Positions 44,051-54,664 are shown, counted from the stretch's first letter. The stretch: 64,000 nucleotides of DNA from Bacilli bacterium (GCA_017450205.1 JAFSVF010000024.1:7996-71995), one strand, 5' to 3'. Numbers and translations: made by a program. The notes: generated by a model not told the origin, from the letters alone.

Positions 44051-46081
44051 TTAATAAATCCCATGTTTAATTTCTAATTTCTTTACTTTGTGTCTATCTT
44101 TTCCAGCTTCATCCCATATATCATTATGATCAAATATTATTGCTTCTGGTTCAAAGTATTGAATATTTCCCTTTTTATCAGAATATACTTTCATGAAGTA
44201 TCCACCCATATTATTAACTAAACCTTGTTTTTGTTGGAACTGAGTTTTAGCACATAATGCAGGTACTTCAAGACATTGAATATTACGATAAACAAAAGCA
44301 TATTCTTTGTGATAATGTCCTATTAATAATACTTTTGGTTTAATATGAGACTCTAAAATATCAATTCTCTTTTGGGGTTTATATGATAGCCCTAATGCAG
44401 AACCACCACCTGGATGATCAAGGACATATTTAACTTTATCAATTACATATTCACCAGTATCTTGTCCTAAGAAAACCATATCTTCACTACGACATTTACC
44501 TACCCATTTATTAACGGTAGCTTGACCATTCTTATAATGTGATTCATCATGACTTCCTAAAATATAATAAGTAACTATACCATCAACGTATGGGTACATA
44601 TCAACTACATATCCAACTTGTTCATCAAAACCATGTAGAAATTGTTGTCTTGGATTTTCTTTTCTATCTGGATAATTACCATCAGTCATATCCCCAACGT
44701 GGAAAGCAATTTTTACGCCTCTATTATATGCCTCTTGATATAGTGCATTTAATAAGTGTAGTTGCTGATGAATATTACCAAAATGTGTATCAGATACAAC
44801 TAATATTTCATTTTCAGTTAGCTCTTCTAAACCTGGTTTATTCATTGATAGTGATCTTTGATAATTCTTTTTAAAGACCATTTCTTTTCCAACCTGAACA
44901 ATATCTACATTTTTATTACAACTTTCCCAAATTAATAATAAACCTTGTAATTCTTTATAACTAATATGAAACTTATCCATAAAAGTATCAATAGACATAC
45001 CATTCTTTACATACTTAAGTAATTTCAAAGCAGATTGAATACTAGCACTATCCATATCAGGTAATTTCTTACTTTTATTAATAGAAATACTAGTACCTTT
45101 ATAATCATCTTTTTTAGTTACATAATATGGTGAATCAATAGCTGTAATTGTATCTAATTTACCATTCTCTTTAACTTTTAAAGTAACATACCAAGCACCA
45201 ATAGTATTAGCATATCTTTTAGCTTCCATTTCTTTATCAGTAGCACACACACTTGGGGTAGAAATAAATTTAATATCACGATAAGTGTATTTTTCCATTT
45301 GTAGTAATCCACCATATAATACAACATCTGGTTTATCTTCACTACGATAAGCATCTGCTGTTTGTTGAGTACGACAAGAAGCTGTATAAGTCTTACTAAG
45401 TTTAGTACTCATTACTTGCATCTTTACTCTATCAATATCAATATTACAAGTATCTTCACCTAAATAAATCATATCAGGCCTTTGATCGGCAATTCTTTGA
45501 CCTATATTAATTTTATTTTTAGTCATATGTTTCTTATCCAATTTACCAGAAATAAAATATGTATTAATTCCTTCTACTTTTGGATAATTAGCTACAATGT
45601 AATCAATTTGTGCTTGGGTATCATCAATAAAATTAGTTTCTGTATCAGTTATTGGTCTTAAACCTGCAGAAATATTACCACAAACAATAACATTATGAAT
45701 ACCTTGTTCTTGAGCTTTTTTATAAATATCATTTAAGATACCCAATTGTTGTGATTTAGAACCTAGTCTTACATCAGATATAGCTACAAATTTAAATTCA
45801 TTATTCTCATCAGTTTCAAATTTATAATGACTAACTTCTTGTTTTGTGGGATCTCCTTGATTAAGTAAGTGAAAACCATCATCATATTCTTTAACTATGA
45901 TATTGAATCCACTATCTCGTAAATCTTGTACTAATCCTAGTATTTCAAGACGAGTTAAATCAAACGTATCAACTACTTGATCAATATTTTTTTCTTTTTT
46001 AATAAATTCTAATAGTTGATCAATAACTTCTTTTGAATATTCACATTGATTTTTGTCTTCAAAACTTTCTATCCTTTCCAT
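44051..46081 (-). CDS. internally duplicated wHTH + calcineurin-like metallophosphoesterase protein
   Basis: Start moved to M11 (AGGGAGGA SD). The C-terminal half has VSDTHFG, HVGDMTDG, GSHDESH and GHYH. The N-terminal half has the degenerate equivalents ISDVRLG and VCGNISAG. Confidence 0.6.
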   Translation of the reverse strand: MERIESFEDKNQCEYSKEVIDQLLEFIKKEKNIDQVVDTFDLTRLEILGLVQDLRDSGFNIIVKEYDDGFHLLNQGDPTKQEVSHYKFETDENNEFKFVAISDVRLGSKSQQLGILNDIYKKAQEQGIHNVIVCGNISAGLRPITDTETNFIDDTQAQIDYIVANYPKVEGINTYFISGKLDKKHMTKNKINIGQRIADQRPDMIYLGEDTCNIDIDRVKMQVMSTKLSKTYTASCRTQQTADAYRSEDKPDVVLYGGLLQMEKYTYRDIKFISTPSVCATDKEMEAKRYANTIGAWYVTLKVKENGKLDTITAIDSPYYVTKKDDYKGTSISINKSKKLPDMDSASIQSALKLLKYVKNGMSIDTFMDKFHISYKELQGLLLIWESCNKNVDIVQVGKEMVFKKNYQRSLSMNKPGLEELTENEILVVSDTHFGNIHQQLHLLNALYQEAYNRGVKIAFHVGDMTDGNYPDRKENPRQQFLHGFDEQVGYVVDMYPYVDGIVTYYILGSHDESHYKNGQATVNKWVGKCRSEDMVFLGQDTGEYVIDKVKYVLDHPGGGSALGLSYKPQKRIDILESHIKPKVLLIGHYHKEYAFVYRNIQCLEVPALCAKTQFQQKQGLVNNMGGYFMKVYSDKKGNIQYFEPEAIIFDHNDIWDEAGKDRHKVKKLEIKHGIY

Positions 46082-46183
46082 ATTTTCCTCCCTAAAAAAA
46101 GTGGCACTCATAGTGTCACTTTATAAATATAAAAGATTAAGTTTTTCACAGATAACATTTTTCATATCATTAACCTACTCTCT

Positions 46184-46211
46184 AGTATAATCTTATCATT
46201 AATGATATCAA
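46184..46211 (-). promoter_or_regulatory. candidate promoter with overlapping palindromic operator
   Basis: Minus strand TTGATA, a 16-nt spacer, then TATACT. The perfect palindrome TATCATTAATGATA (46194-46207) overlaps the -35 and spacer. Confidence 0.3.
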
Positions 46212-46285
46212 ATGCAAACTGAATTCAAGTTTTTTGACAATATTTTACGTTTTTCCACAATGTGTTATTTTTTTCTTTACATTAT

Positions 46286-46792
46286 CTATTTTACAAATTT
46301 AGATAAATCTTTTATTTTTTTATAACATTTAACATTTGGTTGTTGCCAACTATCATAATCATCATCATTATAATCAAAGAAGATAGGATGACCATTATGT
46401 GCAGTCCATTCATCTAAATTCTTTAAACAATCATCTACTAAAATATTACCTTCCGCATCCACTACGTCACACTTTCTCAAAACATAAGGTACTAAGATAA
46501 CACTCTGCATTATTCCTTGATCTCTAATCCATTTAATTTTTGAAGAACCTTCGTTCGTTAAAGAATGAATTTTAGTTAGAATAAAACTCTTATTTGGATC
46601 CATGTTTTTTAAGTAATATACTGAATCATTCATTATTTCAGAACATTTTAAAATATACTCCCAATCAGCTGCTTGAATATATTTAATTTTTTCACTTTCA
46701 GGAAGTAAATGTCTATCAGGATTCTTCCTCCACTCTTTAAATAATAAACCCTCAGTGTCTAAAATAACACCGTCAAAATCAATATATAACAT
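46286..46792 (-). CDS. HAD-superfamily 5'(3')-deoxyribonucleotidase-like protein
   Basis: The DFDGV (DxDxV) motif at the N-terminus and the 168-aa size. Confidence 0.5.
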   Translation of the reverse strand: MLYIDFDGVILDTEGLLFKEWRKNPDRHLLPESEKIKYIQAADWEYILKCSEIMNDSVYYLKNMDPNKSFILTKIHSLTNEGSSKIKWIRDQGIMQSVILVPYVLRKCDVVDAEGNILVDDCLKNLDEWTAHNGHPIFFDYNDDDYDSWQQPNVKCYKKIKDLSKFVK

Positions 46793-46872
46793 AACCTTAC
46801 CTCCCCAAATAAGACTTACAAATTAATTGTATCATATTTTTATTTTCAAAGCTATTTTATTATAAGCAAATT

Positions 46873-48480
46873 CTATACAGATAAACTATTAAAATCTTCA
46901 ACACTTTTATAACTCAAGTATAAATATAAACATAAATCAATAATAATATACGCTCCTGTAAGTATTAATAATATTAAACTAATACTTAGAACTTTAATCA
47001 TTTTTATAATTAACATTATATTCCCTAATAACAATAACATTCCTAGCATAACTGATATAAATGAACTAGTACTTTGTTTTACCACTTCAGTACTATTCTC
47101 AGCATCTAATTTAGGAAACTTTAAATTAATAATTAGCCCAATAAAATGTGAAACTAATGGTACTAGTACCGATAACAATAATAGTAATATCATTTCAATA
47201 AGCTTTATTTTTAATCTTACAAATAATATTATATCTCCTAATAATAATATTGGAGTTGTAATAATTAAACAAGCATATATCTTAGCCATTAAAATAGTTT
47301 TAGTTTTAACAGGTAATGACTTAAGAATATTAATATTTCTTCCTTCTAAACTAATTAAAGAATTAGTAATTGAAGTCATAAAACTAGCAAATAATAAAAG
47401 TAATAAAATTATTAATGATGTTTGATTTAGTGTGTTAGTTTGAAAAGCTTCTTTATATATAGAAAGTACACTATCATATTTTATGGAAGTATAAATACTC
47501 ATTATTAAGAATAACACTAATCCAAATCCAGCATTAATAATAAATACAGGTATCTTAAAAAACATATTTAATTCTTTTTTTATCAATGACATACTAGCTG
47601 GCTTAGATTTAATTACAATACTACTTATTTTTACTTTCTTAGTAGTTGCAATACTTTTAAGTCTAGAATTTATTTTAAAATATACTTTACTTAAAACAAA
47701 AATCAATAAAGCAAATAATCCAATATTAATAGCAATAAATACTAATAAATCTTTTATATTAAAATTAGTAACTAAATTAGCATAAACTCCTGCAGGATAA
47801 TAAATTTTAGATATCATATCATTAATACTAGTAGCATGTTTAGCAACATATTCATAAAAATTATCCATATAATATGAAATAAGTAGTACTAGTAATAATA
47901 CTAACATAGTAGAAACTATCTGAATAAAATTTTTAAATTTAAATCTACTGGCCAAACTAGAAATTATAACTCCAATAATGCATGAAATAACAATTGGAAT
48001 TATAGGTAATAAAATTATCATGACAAAACTTGTTAAAAAGAATGTCCATTCAATGCTCTCAGCCCATCTTAAATAAGCAGCTATTAATGGTATTATAAAT
48101 AAAGAATTAAATAGTAATTCAAAAATATAAAACTTAAATACTCTAACGAAGACAATTGTACTTCTTTTAATAGGTAAAGATAATAATAACTGATCATCTT
48201 TACAGTTAAATAATAATGGCCCACTCTTATAAACTCCTTCTATTAATGTCATAATAGAAGTTATAAAAACAAATAATGATAGTACAATATATTGTAAATG
48301 CATTGGAGCAACTTTTTCGAAGATAAGATGTGCATTACTCCATATAGCAAACATAAATGCTAGTGATAAAAATACTGGTATAAAAATCTTCTTAAAACCT
48401 GTAGCGTGTTTTTGATTAACTTTAAAAATATTCATATCACTAGTCATACATGCTCTAATTAGTGAATATAACTTTTTCAT
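46873..48480 (-). CDS. ABC exporter permease (multi-TM)
   Basis: At least 10 TM helices. Its start overlaps the stop of the ATPase gene. Confidence 0.55.
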   Translation of the reverse strand: MKKLYSLIRACMTSDMNIFKVNQKHATGFKKIFIPVFLSLAFMFAIWSNAHLIFEKVAPMHLQYIVLSLFVFITSIMTLIEGVYKSGPLLFNCKDDQLLLSLPIKRSTIVFVRVFKFYIFELLFNSLFIIPLIAAYLRWAESIEWTFFLTSFVMIILLPIIPIVISCIIGVIISSLASRFKFKNFIQIVSTMLVLLLVLLISYYMDNFYEYVAKHATSINDMISKIYYPAGVYANLVTNFNIKDLLVFIAINIGLFALLIFVLSKVYFKINSRLKSIATTKKVKISSIVIKSKPASMSLIKKELNMFFKIPVFIINAGFGLVLFLIMSIYTSIKYDSVLSIYKEAFQTNTLNQTSLIILLLLLFASFMTSITNSLISLEGRNINILKSLPVKTKTILMAKIYACLIITTPILLLGDIILFVRLKIKLIEMILLLLLSVLVPLVSHFIGLIINLKFPKLDAENSTEVVKQSTSSFISVMLGMLLLLGNIMLIIKMIKVLSISLILLILTGAYIIIDLCLYLYLSYKSVEDFNSLSV

Positions 48481-49187
48481 TTTACATCCTCTAAGTCCAT
48501 GAATACTTTTTCAAGTGACTTATCTCCCTTAATTTCTTTCATACTACCACTTTTAATAAGTTTTCCTTCCTTGATAATAGCTACTCTAGAGCATAGTTTT
48601 TCAGCAACATCTAAGATATGAGTAGAATAAAATACTACTTTGTTTTCTTTAACCATTTCGTTTAAAACTTCTTTCATATCAAATACAGCTTTTGGATCTA
48701 AACCTACAAAAGGTTCATCCATAATAAGATATTTAGGATCATGAGCTAAAGCTGAAATTAAGACAATTTTTTGTTTCATACCATGCGAATAACTATCGAT
48801 AGTATCATTTAATTTATCTTCCATTTCAAATAACTTAGCATATTTTTTAATATTCTTTTCTCTAGTCTTAATGTCTACATCATACATATCACAAATAAAA
48901 TTAATATAATCAATAGCTTTCATATGCTCATATGTTTCAGGATTATCTGGTACATAAGCCATTAACCTCTTACATTCAACTGGATTATCTTTAATAGATA
49001 TTCCATCAATTAAAACATCTCCAGAATCAAAATCATGAATACCTACCATCGATTTAATAAGTGTTGTTTTACCAGCACCATTATGTCCTATAAAAGCGAA
49101 TATATCTCCGTCGTTAACAGTAAAAGAAACATTATCTACTGCTTTCTTAGAACCATACTTTTTAGTTACATTTTTAATTTCTATCAT
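48477..49187 (-). CDS. ABC transporter ATP-binding protein
   Basis: Walker A GHNGAGKTT, the signature YSHGMKQK, and Walker B LIMDEP. Confidence 0.9.
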   Translation of the reverse strand: MIEIKNVTKKYGSKKAVDNVSFTVNDGDIFAFIGHNGAGKTTLIKSMVGIHDFDSGDVLIDGISIKDNPVECKRLMAYVPDNPETYEHMKAIDYINFICDMYDVDIKTREKNIKKYAKLFEMEDKLNDTIDSYSHGMKQKIVLISALAHDPKYLIMDEPFVGLDPKAVFDMKEVLNEMVKENKVVFYSTHILDVAEKLCSRVAIIKEGKLIKSGSMKEIKGDKSLEKVFMDLEDVK

Positions 49188-49218
49188 AATATCCCTCTAT
49201 TTCTACAACAAGTATAGC

Positions 49219-49248
49219 ATAAAAAAGACTAGATTTATCTAGTCTTTT
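49219..49248 (-). terminator. terminator after the B-repeat protein gene
   Basis: AAGACTAGA-loop-TCTAGTCTT hairpin with a T-run. Confidence 0.7.
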
Positions 49249-49249
49249 A

Positions 49250-51580
49250 TTATTCTTCTACTATAATACGCATATCGGAAATAGTTCCAGTAAAGAATCT
49301 ATCAGGTTGATGAGAACTATTATATATACCACCAAAACTACAGTTATCTGCGAAATATTGATTTAAAATCCAACTTGATTGGTTATAAAGTTCTGTTGTA
49401 GTTCCATTACCATCTTTATCAGTATAAGAGAAATATACTATACCATCTCTTCTTTTGAAAACCATTTCAACTGGAACTTTATTTGTTGAAATTGCTGGAA
49501 GTTTAGTTGAAGAGCCAGCATTATTCCATTTATATTGTGGAATCATGTTAGTCCTACTATTACTTTCAAATCTTACATTAAATCCTGGCCATTTGTTGTT
49601 AGACTCATCTTTACAGTTTAGTATAGTTGCTTGCGTATATACAGATATAACAGTATCAGCAACTGATGTAACAGTAAATCTAATTTCAAAATCCTTATTC
49701 ATAGTAGTATTATCAGAATATAAATTAACTCCAGTATCAATAAATGTATTTACAGTACCATCGAATACATGATCACCAGCTTGTTCAAATTCAGTTTTTA
49801 AGAAGATTGCATATAATGTAATAATCTCATCTTCATCAGAAGCAAGATTTAGAATTGTATCTTCATCTTCATACCATGTTCCACTACCATCTGATTCAGT
49901 ATTCCAACCAAAGAATCCATAACCAGTCTTGGTAAATTCTAACGGTTTTATTGTTGTTTCTTCATTAAACAATATTTCTTGATCTGTCATTGTTCCACTG
50001 CTACCATTAGCATCAAAATGTAAGTAGTAGTATCTTATCTTTTCCCATTGAGCATATAAGTCAACAACATCACCATCATTAGCAATATCTGTTATTTGCT
50101 GTTTATTAGTATAACTTGTACCACTTCCATCAGGTTCAGTATTCCAACCTGCAAATGTATAGTGGACTGGATCTTTTTCATATTCTTTATCATTCAAATT
50201 AACAGTTTTTCCAACTTCAACTACTTGATCAAGCATCATACCAGTACCACCATTAGCATGGAATTTAATCGTATATGCAGGTCTATCAATTAATTCTACA
50301 CGCATTTCTGAAAGAGCACCTTTAAGCGCACGCTCAGGTTTCACAACCTGTCCTCCAAATGTAGCAGTAACATCAAAAAATTTATTAAAATTACTATAAT
50401 CTTGATAATTTACAAATGTAACTCCATTATCCAAACTATATGAGAACAGACCATTCTCCTTCTTCAAAATAATTTTAGCTCCAGGATTTACAGTAACAGC
50501 GGTATTTTTCTTGTGATTTTTATCATTACCATTGGCATTTACATTGAAACTATTTTGAAACCAACGGAATTGAACACCTGGGTATGGATCAGCAGTTTCT
50601 TCCATATCGGCAAACAAGACTGCACGATCAACATTATCATTAGCAAAACTATCTATCCTAAATTCTACAATAAAGTCTTTACCCGAATTAAAGGCACTAA
50701 ATAGAGCTATATCAGAATCAATAAGGTGATCAGCATTAAATACCTCAGAATCTTCTTGATAAAAGAACACTTTATTCCATCTAGCATATAGAGTAACATC
50801 ATGATCTGGTGCATATTGTTCATTTACTTGATTCTCAAAAGTAGGTTCTGTATACCATCCTACTAATTCATAATCATAAGTACAACCATCCGCAATACGA
50901 TCTCCAGTTGAACCTGTACAATCATTATATGAAACATTAGGCAAGTAATTAATTGGTTCATCATTATTAACTACTCTAGTTTCATTAGGATCCCCATTAT
51001 TAAGTACATATGTTACTTGATAAGTATCAGTATATATAGGTCCAATAGTAGTATCTTCTTCTAAAGTAAATTCATAAATGCGATTTGTATTATTATTAGA
51101 CCACTTAATAAAGTTATTACCATTCCCATCATCAGCATCTGCTTCTAAATGGATAGTAGTACCATAGTAATATCTTCCTGCTGGTGTACTAGTACTAGCA
51201 TTAACATGCTGAGGATTGGTAATTATTAAATCATATTGATTTCTAGTATATAAATATGTAATTACGGTATTTTGGAAACTATTAAGTGTTACTGTCTGAG
51301 TAGCTGGAGCAGTAAATCCAGGAAGCTGAGCTGATGTTAAAGTCGCAGGTGTTACTGTTGTTCCTAAAGTAACTTCATAATTCTCAGTAAAATAATCACT
51401 ATATGTAGTTCCATCTATATTCATTGTTTTATGAACTACTGTATAAGTAGTTTTATCTTTAACTGATAGTGTATTAACTGCTGGTGAAGTAGTCATCTTA
51501 AAGTATCCATAAATACCCGTAATAAAAAGAGATAACGCCATGAAAACACATAAACCTACAAAAAGTTTAAATCTTCTCAT
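49250..51580 (-). CDS. secreted Listeria/Bacteroides-type B-repeat (Flg_new) protein with SipW-type signal peptide
   Basis: Start moved to M4 (AGAGGTG SD). GYFKMTTSPAVNTLSV follows the TM helix. Repeats include YTIKFHANGGTG..FAGWNTEPDGSGTSY and FDANGSSGT..FFGWNTESDGSGTWY. Confidence 0.65.
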   Translation of the reverse strand: MRRFKLFVGLCVFMALSLFITGIYGYFKMTTSPAVNTLSVKDKTTYTVVHKTMNIDGTTYSDYFTENYEVTLGTTVTPATLTSAQLPGFTAPATQTVTLNSFQNTVITYLYTRNQYDLIITNPQHVNASTSTPAGRYYYGTTIHLEADADDGNGNNFIKWSNNNTNRIYEFTLEEDTTIGPIYTDTYQVTYVLNNGDPNETRVVNNDEPINYLPNVSYNDCTGSTGDRIADGCTYDYELVGWYTEPTFENQVNEQYAPDHDVTLYARWNKVFFYQEDSEVFNADHLIDSDIALFSAFNSGKDFIVEFRIDSFANDNVDRAVLFADMEETADPYPGVQFRWFQNSFNVNANGNDKNHKKNTAVTVNPGAKIILKKENGLFSYSLDNGVTFVNYQDYSNFNKFFDVTATFGGQVVKPERALKGALSEMRVELIDRPAYTIKFHANGGTGMMLDQVVEVGKTVNLNDKEYEKDPVHYTFAGWNTEPDGSGTSYTNKQQITDIANDGDVVDLYAQWEKIRYYYLHFDANGSSGTMTDQEILFNEETTIKPLEFTKTGYGFFGWNTESDGSGTWYEDEDTILNLASDEDEIITLYAIFLKTEFEQAGDHVFDGTVNTFIDTGVNLYSDNTTMNKDFEIRFTVTSVADTVISVYTQATILNCKDESNNKWPGFNVRFESNSRTNMIPQYKWNNAGSSTKLPAISTNKVPVEMVFKRRDGIVYFSYTDKDGNGTTTELYNQSSWILNQYFADNCSFGGIYNSSHQPDRFFTGTISDMRIIVEE

Positions 51581-51599
51581 ATACATCACCTCTTTCTAA

Positions 51600-52091
51600 T
51601 CAACAAGCTATTTTATTTTTTTTCTTTTTAGTATCATCACCAAATAGCATTCCTACAACAAATAGTAATACAACACAAGTGATTAATACTATTTTTCCTC
51701 TAGTAGATTGAAAAGCCATTACAACATAACCAACTTTAGGAATCCAAAATATATTTTTTCCTACATAATTATTAGCTGTAACTACCCCATCATCCACTCT
51801 TTTATTATTATCTCCTTTAGTTATAATTCCATCTTTATTAATTTTATCAACTCGATGTGTAACTAAAGTGCCATCATCTAATTTGAAAGCAATTACATCT
51901 TTCTTTTTTATTTCTTGAACATCCACTTTTTTATTTATAAAACATAAACTACCTGTTTTAATAGTAGGTTCCATAGATCCAGAAAGAATCACATATGGAA
52001 CTATACCGAATAGATATAAGACAAGAAATATTCCTCCAACGACAATAATTAATGTCGTTAAGACATTAATTATCTTCTTTATTATTTTCAT
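51600..52091 (-). CDS. sipW: signal peptidase I, SipW (archaeal/ER) type
   Basis: 163 aa with SGSMEPTI, THRV and GDNN. Confidence 0.8.
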   Translation of the reverse strand: MKIIKKIINVLTTLIIVVGGIFLVLYLFGIVPYVILSGSMEPTIKTGSLCFINKKVDVQEIKKKDVIAFKLDDGTLVTHRVDKINKDGIITKGDNNKRVDDGVVTANNYVGKNIFWIPKVGYVVMAFQSTRGKIVLITCVVLLFVVGMLFGDDTKKKKNKIAC

Positions 52092-52097
52092 AAATTA

Positions 52098-52712
52098 TTA
52101 ACTGAAGCTAACTTCTGTCCAAATTCCACTTGGAGTAGTAGCTGTTAATCCAGTAGTTTGTACACCATAACCAGTAACAACTACGTTTTTGTTTCCATCT
52201 AATCCAGTCTCGTTTCCAGTTATAGTACTATTAAGAGATACACTAGTAAATACTGCTGGTGTTGCAGAACCAGCTGCTAATGAAGTCATTGCAGAAGAAG
52301 TTCCATAGTTATAAACCTTAGTTGCAACTCCACTAGTACATACACCATCAGTCATTAGATTCCATCCACTTCCAATTGTATTTAATGTAAATATTTCTTC
52401 AGGAGTAGCATCAGTCGTACAAGGTATTGCAACCTTTGCATATACATATGCAGGAGCTGTTGCACTATCATTAGTAATTACTGGGTCCTTTGCAATTTCT
52501 TGATCAGGAACAATATTTTCAGCGGCATCAGGTACACCATCACTATCATTATCTGTAGTAACCCAATGATCCTCAGATAAAGTAATATCTACATTACCTA
52601 CTGTAAATGTATTTGTTTTAGTATCAGTATCAGTAAAATATGCAATTGCTCCTCCTACTGCAACTATAGCTAATAAAACAATTGCAGAAATAATAGTTTT
52701 TTTCTTATTCAT
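52098..52712 (-). CDS. TasA/camelysin-like secreted protein with SipW-type signal peptide
   Basis: GGAIAYFTDTDTKTNTFTVGNVDITL. Confidence 0.7.
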   Translation of the reverse strand: MNKKKTIISAIVLLAIVAVGGAIAYFTDTDTKTNTFTVGNVDITLSEDHWVTTDNDSDGVPDAAENIVPDQEIAKDPVITNDSATAPAYVYAKVAIPCTTDATPEEIFTLNTIGSGWNLMTDGVCTSGVATKVYNYGTSSAMTSLAAGSATPAVFTSVSLNSTITGNETGLDGNKNVVVTGYGVQTTGLTATTPSGIWTEVSFS

Positions 52713-52713
52713 A

Positions 52714-53904
52714 TTAAATCCTCTTTTCCTTGTATTTTTTATTATTTATTTTTCCATATATTAGAGTAACTATAAACCCTAATGTTGAAAGTAAAAATAC
52801 TGTTATAGACCAATCAAATTTAAAATCTCCTGTAGCAGGATTACTACTATTATCAGGGACTGGAATATTATCTTTATCGCTGTTACCATCAGTTTCATCA
52901 TCACTATCTTCATCATGTTGTTCAACAGTATCATAAGAAAACTTCCATAATATTTTAGTAAACAATCTGCTGTAATCATTATCAGCATCACTAGGGAAAG
53001 ATAATTCAATCTCATATGAATCTCCTTCATTTTCATTAAATATTCCTAGATTATGCTTTGATTTATCAGCAAGATTACTATCTACTAACATTTCATCACT
53101 ACTATTTCTGATAATTAATTTTATCTTTCTTAGTAGTGCTATTTCATCCTGACTTAGTTCATCATAATCAATAGCTAAATAATACTTGTTTTTATTCTTA
53201 CTACTATTCAGTATTTTGACAATTTCATTCATTCTATCTCCAGGAAGTATATTTCCTAAATTATCGAAGAATCCATCATCTAGAACAATATGATTTTTAG
53301 TATCATCTTCATAAATTACTGAAGATTCTCCATCATAATCAATGTCATATGTTCTATCTATACTTTCTTTTATTTCAACATTATCCCAGTTACCATCAAA
53401 ATTTCTAGCTTGTATAGCATCTACCACAATATGAATAACAACTTTCTTTCCGTTATATTCAGATGATAAATTAGGAATAGATACCTTGTTAAATAAATCA
53501 ACTGAAGCATTCTTTTCAAAGATAGAATCATAATAGTAATATTCACCTTTTTTAGTCCAAGAAGAATAATTACCAGTAACATAATCTACTACTGAAAAAC
53601 TGTCATCATCAATAGTATAAGTAAATTTAGCTCTTATATAACATTCGATGCCGAGATTATTAACTCTAGGAATCAAAACAATTTCATCACCAGGTGAAAC
53701 ATGTTTACCATCCTCATCAAATAATTCATTATTTTGATTATATTCTTTTATTTCGATATCAACAGAACTGGTAGATAAACCATTCTCAATATCACTCATT
53801 TCATCTTTTAACGCATAAATACCAGATATGCACATTATTAAAAAGAATATTATTCCTACTATAAATAATCTCTTCTTATTTACACAATATCCAACCACCT
53901 CCAT
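52714..53904 (-). CDS. surface protein with SipW-like N-terminal signal and C-terminal NPATG sorting signal
   Basis: N-terminal GIYALKDEMSDIENGLSTSSVDIEI. The C-terminus has NPATG (52828-52842), a hydrophobic helix and a KKYKEKRI tail. Confidence 0.6.
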   Translation of the reverse strand: MEVVGYCVNKKRLFIVGIIFFLIMCISGIYALKDEMSDIENGLSTSSVDIEIKEYNQNNELFDEDGKHVSPGDEIVLIPRVNNLGIECYIRAKFTYTIDDDSFSVVDYVTGNYSSWTKKGEYYYYDSIFEKNASVDLFNKVSIPNLSSEYNGKKVVIHIVVDAIQARNFDGNWDNVEIKESIDRTYDIDYDGESSVIYEDDTKNHIVLDDGFFDNLGNILPGDRMNEIVKILNSSKNKNKYYLAIDYDELSQDEIALLRKIKLIIRNSSDEMLVDSNLADKSKHNLGIFNENEGDSYEIELSFPSDADNDYSRLFTKILWKFSYDTVEQHDEDSDDETDGNSDKDNIPVPDNSSNPATGDFKFDWSITVFLLSTLGFIVTLIYGKINNKKYKEKRI

Positions 53905-53974
53905 TATGATAGTCTATTAGCATTCTACTATGTATTAATTATATAAAAAAAAGGAAAGATTTTCAACCACCAAT

Positions 53975-54664
53975 TCACTTTTTTCTATACCCATGAACTA
54001 CAAGTCTATCGATATTATTTGCACTGCATGTAGATATAGTAATAATCTGTGAATTTTCATTTATTTCTTCCTTAAAATTAATTTGGCTATTTTTTTTAAA
54101 TTTATCAATTTTTTTTGCTAAATTATTATAATTTGGTTGATTATAAATATCTTTAACTGAAGCCTTATAAACCGAAAAAATAGTATATGTTAAAACTTCT
54201 TTTTCTGTTACAAAAATTATTTCATTAGCATTATTTTTATAAAATTCTTTATCAAATAATAAATCAATCGAACCAAACATACTATCATCATGACGATGAT
54301 GACCATAAATTATTATATTTTGATCACCTAATTTATTTTGATAATCCATAAAAATCCATCCTGCACTATTATAATTATGTTTAAAATCATGATTCAAATA
54401 ATAATTATTATCACTATGTTGAACAACAGGATAATTAATTTTAGTTCCTGGTACTATTAACCATCCTATAGTCTCAGGATTATCTTTTAAAATATCAGAG
54501 TTTAAATAATAATTATCTTTTTTTATCGTTAAATGTTTTTCTTCTTTATTTCTTATACTATTAGTTTTTTTATTTTCTGATAACCAAGACATTAGAAAAG
54601 AACCTGATATTAACATAAAAACAATAAAAGTAATTAATATCAACATATATATTTTTTTATTCAT
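53975..54664 (-). CDS. srtB: class B sortase
   Basis: GWLIVPGTKINYPVVQHSDNNYYLNHDF, IIYGHH and ITISTCS. Confidence 0.8.
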   Translation of the reverse strand: MNKKIYMLILITFIVFMLISGSFLMSWLSENKKTNSIRNKEEKHLTIKKDNYYLNSDILKDNPETIGWLIVPGTKINYPVVQHSDNNYYLNHDFKHNYNSAGWIFMDYQNKLGDQNIIIYGHHRHDDSMFGSIDLLFDKEFYKNNANEIIFVTEKEVLTYTIFSVYKASVKDIYNQPNYNNLAKKIDKFKKNSQINFKEEINENSQIITISTCSANNIDRLVVHGYRKK

